Origin: a virus
Lineage: Duplodnaviria > Caudoviricetes
IMG/VR virus record: IMGVR_UViG_3300016265_000654
Coordinates: 1 to 35,597 of that record
DNA length: 35,597 nucleotides
Direction: 5' to 3' (one strand)
Shown: positions 33,463 through 35,597 of the stretch, in pieces
Position numbering within the stretch: position 1 is the stretch's first letter
How the letters are laid out: each line of letters opens with the position of its first letter
Made by a program: the position numbers and the translations under genes
The notes under the pieces: generated by a model
Seen by the model: the letters and a program-made list of their open reading frames with translations, nothing else
The model's database searches: none
What the model was told of the DNA's origin: nothing

Positions 33463-34385
33463 CCAGCAACGTGACCACCCTGCCGACCGCCGCGCGCAGC
33501 GTCGCGGTCGACTTCAACGACCCCGTCGCGGTCTACCTTGACAGCGACATCTTCGCGCAGCTCCAGCGCGTCGCCAAACTGATGTCGAGCGCGTCGCTGG
33601 CGCCCGCTCACTTGCGGGGCGAAGGCAAATTGGGCGATTGCTTCCTCGTCGCCGCCCAAGCGTTCCGCTGGCGCATGGACCCGTTTTCGGTCGCCCAGCA
33701 CACCTATGTGCTGAGCGGCAAACTGGGCTACGAGGGCAAGCTGATTGCCGCCGTGGTCAACAGCAGCGGCAAGCTGCAGGGCTCGCTTGATTACCGCTAC
33801 AGCGGCTCGGGCGACCAGCGCAGCGTCACCGTCAGCGGCAAACTGCTTGGCGACGCCGAGCCGCGCGAGATCGTCGGCACCGTCGGCGGCTGGCGCACGA
33901 CGAACGAGCAGTGGAAGAAGAACCCCGACCAGATGCTGGCCTATCGCGGCGCGCGCGAATGGGCGCGGCGGTACATGCCCGAGGCCGTGCTCGGCATCCA
34001 GGCCGAAGACGATTTGGCGCCGCAACGCAGCGTGACCATGCGTGATGTCACTCCGGCTTCGACGCCAGCCGCGGCGGTCGCCGCCCTCATCGACGACATC
34101 GAACAAGACGCCGACGCCCTCGCGCCGGCCGTGTCGGACGCAGCCTCCCCTCCTGCGGCGGACCCCCAATCCGCGACGACCGGCGCACCCGAACTGCCGC
34201 CCGACTTGCGCGACAAAGCGCGGGCGATCGTGACCGCGATCCGCGCGGCTCGGGAACTGAAAGAGATCGACCGCATCCTGGCCGCCCAACGTGCCACGCT
34301 CGACGCCATCGAGGCGGCCAGCCCTGACGCGGTGCAGGCGATTCTGAGCGAGGCCAACAAGCGTGTCGCGGAGGTGGTTGAATGA
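33459..34385 (+). CDS. recT: RecT-like single-strand annealing protein
   Basis: P.HLRG...DC.....QA.RW.MDPF.VAQ.T...GKLGYE.KL..A, W...PDQML.YR..R.WAR.Y.PE..LG. Confidence 0.8.
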   Translation: MTSNVTTLPTAARSVAVDFNDPVAVYLDSDIFAQLQRVAKLMSSASLAPAHLRGEGKLGDCFLVAAQAFRWRMDPFSVAQHTYVLSGKLGYEGKLIAAVVNSSGKLQGSLDYRYSGSGDQRSVTVSGKLLGDAEPREIVGTVGGWRTTNEQWKKNPDQMLAYRGAREWARRYMPEAVLGIQAEDDLAPQRSVTMRDVTPASTPAAAVAALIDDIEQDADALAPAVSDAASPPAADPQSATTGAPELPPDLRDKARAIVTAIRAARELKEIDRILAAQRATLDAIEAASPDAVQAILSEANKRVAEVVE

Positions 34386-34471
34386 GCCGCCTTGTTCGCA
34401 TTGCAGGCGACCTGCTGGCCATTTCGCTGATCGGCGCGGTGCTGTTTTTCGCGCTCGTCGCGTTTACCTGA
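34382..34471 (+). CDS. Small membrane peptide (29 aa)
   Basis: GGAGG RBS, ATGA overlap; MSRLVRIAGDLLAISLIGAVLFFALVAFT*. Confidence 0.55.
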   Translation: MSRLVRIAGDLLAISLIGAVLFFALVAFT

Positions 34472-34562
34472 TCGGCTGGGCACTCAGCCGGTGCCGCGCA
34501 ACCTGCGGCGGACGTGTGGTTGGAGAGCCGGGGCGGCATCCCCGGCATCAATTGGTGACACC

Positions 34563-34748
34563 ATGACCCTGTTCCTCGCCATCTGCCTCTACACCGCCGA
34601 TGGCGCCCGCCTCTGCGACGGCGCATCATTACCGATGCGCTCGTTCGCGGAGTGCCAGCAGACAGCGGCGGCGATCCGGGCCAATATGCCCGCAACCCAC
34701 AAGGTGATCTGGCACGAATGCGCCAGCGATAGGAGGATGGGACGATGA
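34563..34748 (+). CDS. Small Cys-containing hypothetical protein (61 aa)
   Basis: GGTGA RBS; hydrophobic N-terminus, four Cys. Confidence 0.6.
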   Translation: MTLFLAICLYTADGARLCDGASLPMRSFAECQQTAAAIRANMPATHKVIWHECASDRRMGR

Positions 34749-34855
34749 ATGATGCATTCAAGCGGATCGCCAGCGCGATCCCGTATCTGGCCGTTGCGGG
34801 CTACCTGCTCGCGATGATCGCGGGCGTCTCCGCCCTGCTGAGTTTGCTCCGATGA
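34745..34855 (+). CDS. Small membrane peptide (36 aa)
   Basis: AGGAGG RBS, ATGA overlaps on both sides; MNDAFKRIASAIPYLAVAGYLLAMIAGVSALLSLLR*. Confidence 0.6.
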   Translation: MNDAFKRIASAIPYLAVAGYLLAMIAGVSALLSLLR

Positions 34856-35046
34856 GCGGCGACGTCCCGCTGCTGCGGGCGCTGCGGATGGTCGAGGATC
34901 TGATCCGCGCGAGGATGGCCGGGCTGCACCAGCAGGCGCAGAATACGCAGGAGCCTAAGGCGCGGCGCGCAATACACACTAGGGCGGATGAGCTGGGGAT
35001 GCTGGTGCGGGAAATCCAGAAGGCAAGAGGAGAGCGAGATGACTGA
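34852..35046 (+). CDS. Hypothetical protein (64 aa)
   Basis: ATGA overlap within a coupled gene chain. Confidence 0.65.
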   Translation: MSGDVPLLRALRMVEDLIRARMAGLHQQAQNTQEPKARRAIHTRADELGMLVREIQKARGERDD

Positions 35047-35206
35047 TGAGCAACTGGCCGAGCGCGTCGCGCGCGCGGATTACGGCGATGGATGGGACGA
35101 CCTCGACGAACGCATGCGGGGGATACGGGTCCAGATCTGGAGCCGCCTTATCGAGGCGATCAGGACTGCGGGGCTGGTGATTGTCGAAGCGGAGGACGGA
35201 CGATGA
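35039..35206 (+). CDS. Hypothetical protein (55 aa)
   Basis: AGGAG RBS; ends AEDGR within junction repeat B. Confidence 0.65.
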   Translation: MTDEQLAERVARADYGDGWDDLDERMRGIRVQIWSRLIEAIRTAGLVIVEAEDGR

Positions 35207-35597
35207 TCACGACTCTCAATCAGATTCGAGCGCACAGCCCGTGCCGAGATGGCTGGGAGAAACTGCTGCGCCATCTGAACAAAACCGCAGCCGACGACGA
35301 GCCGCTGTCAATCGGCACGGTTCTGGAGAGCAACGGGATTTCAGATGCTCTCTGGTGCCTGCGCGCAGTCGAGGGTCAAGACCGGGAAATCAGGCTCTAC
35401 GCAGTTTGGTGCGCGCGTCAGGTGGCAGATCGGATGCGCGACCCGCGCAGCGTCGCGGCATTGGATGTCGTTGAGAGGTTCGCGCGCGGCCACGCGAGCG
35501 ACGAAGAGTTGCGGGCGGCGTGGAGGGCGGCGGCGTCAGCGGCGTCAGCGGAGGCGCGGGCGCGGGCGGGGGCGTGGGCGGCGGAGGCGGCGCGGGC
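35203..35597 (+). CDS. Ala-rich repeat phage protein (Imm5-like helical region), truncated at the window end
   Basis: Manual translation MITTLNQIRAHSPCRDGWEKLLRHLNKTAADDEPL...DALWCLRAV...RLYAVWCARQV...DPRSVAALDV.ERFARG.A..EEL.AAW...; no stop before the end. Confidence 0.85.
   Translation, partial: MITTLNQIRAHSPCRDGWEKLLRHLNKTAADDEPLSIGTVLESNGISDALWCLRAVEGQDREIRLYAVWCARQVADRMRDPRSVAALDVVERFARGHASDEELRAAWRAAASAASAEARARAGAWAAEAAR

Noticed and set aside
34471-34560. tRNA gene
   Set aside because: No acceptor stem, T-loop GTTC or CCA end could be fitted.

Overview
The window is an almost complete, circularly permuted genome (~35.2 kb) of a GC-rich, P22/podovirus-like tailed phage. The host is probably alphaproteobacterial, judging by the GapR-like, DUF1376-type initiator and Cro-like genes. 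Three blocks are visible. (1) A + strand early region that wraps the window ends (31.9 kb to end, then ~0.36-3.4 kb) with RecE-like and RecT-like genes and an array of small, translationally coupled genes. (2) A - strand regulation/replication block (28.7-31.8 kb). (3) A - strand late block (3.5-28.0 kb): terminase, glycosyl/methyltransferases, portal, scaffold, capsid, tail, ejection proteins and lysis genes. Highlights: the major capsid gene is split by a 698-nt group I intron (16671-17368) carrying a GIY-YIG homing endonuclease whose stop codon lies in the ribozyme core; the early genes form a mosaic array with two families of RBS/stop-start junction repeats and a shared coiled-coil hinge; there is a candidate virion-glycosylation gene set; the ExoVIII-like nuclease has degenerate catalytic motifs. 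Bases 1 to ~376 are a bacterial aldehyde dehydrogenase fragment fused at a GCG-rich microhomology, most likely an assembly chimera. I recognised no integrase, CI repressor, DNA polymerase, tRNA or CRISPR array. Family calls come from motif recognition by eye, not database searches.
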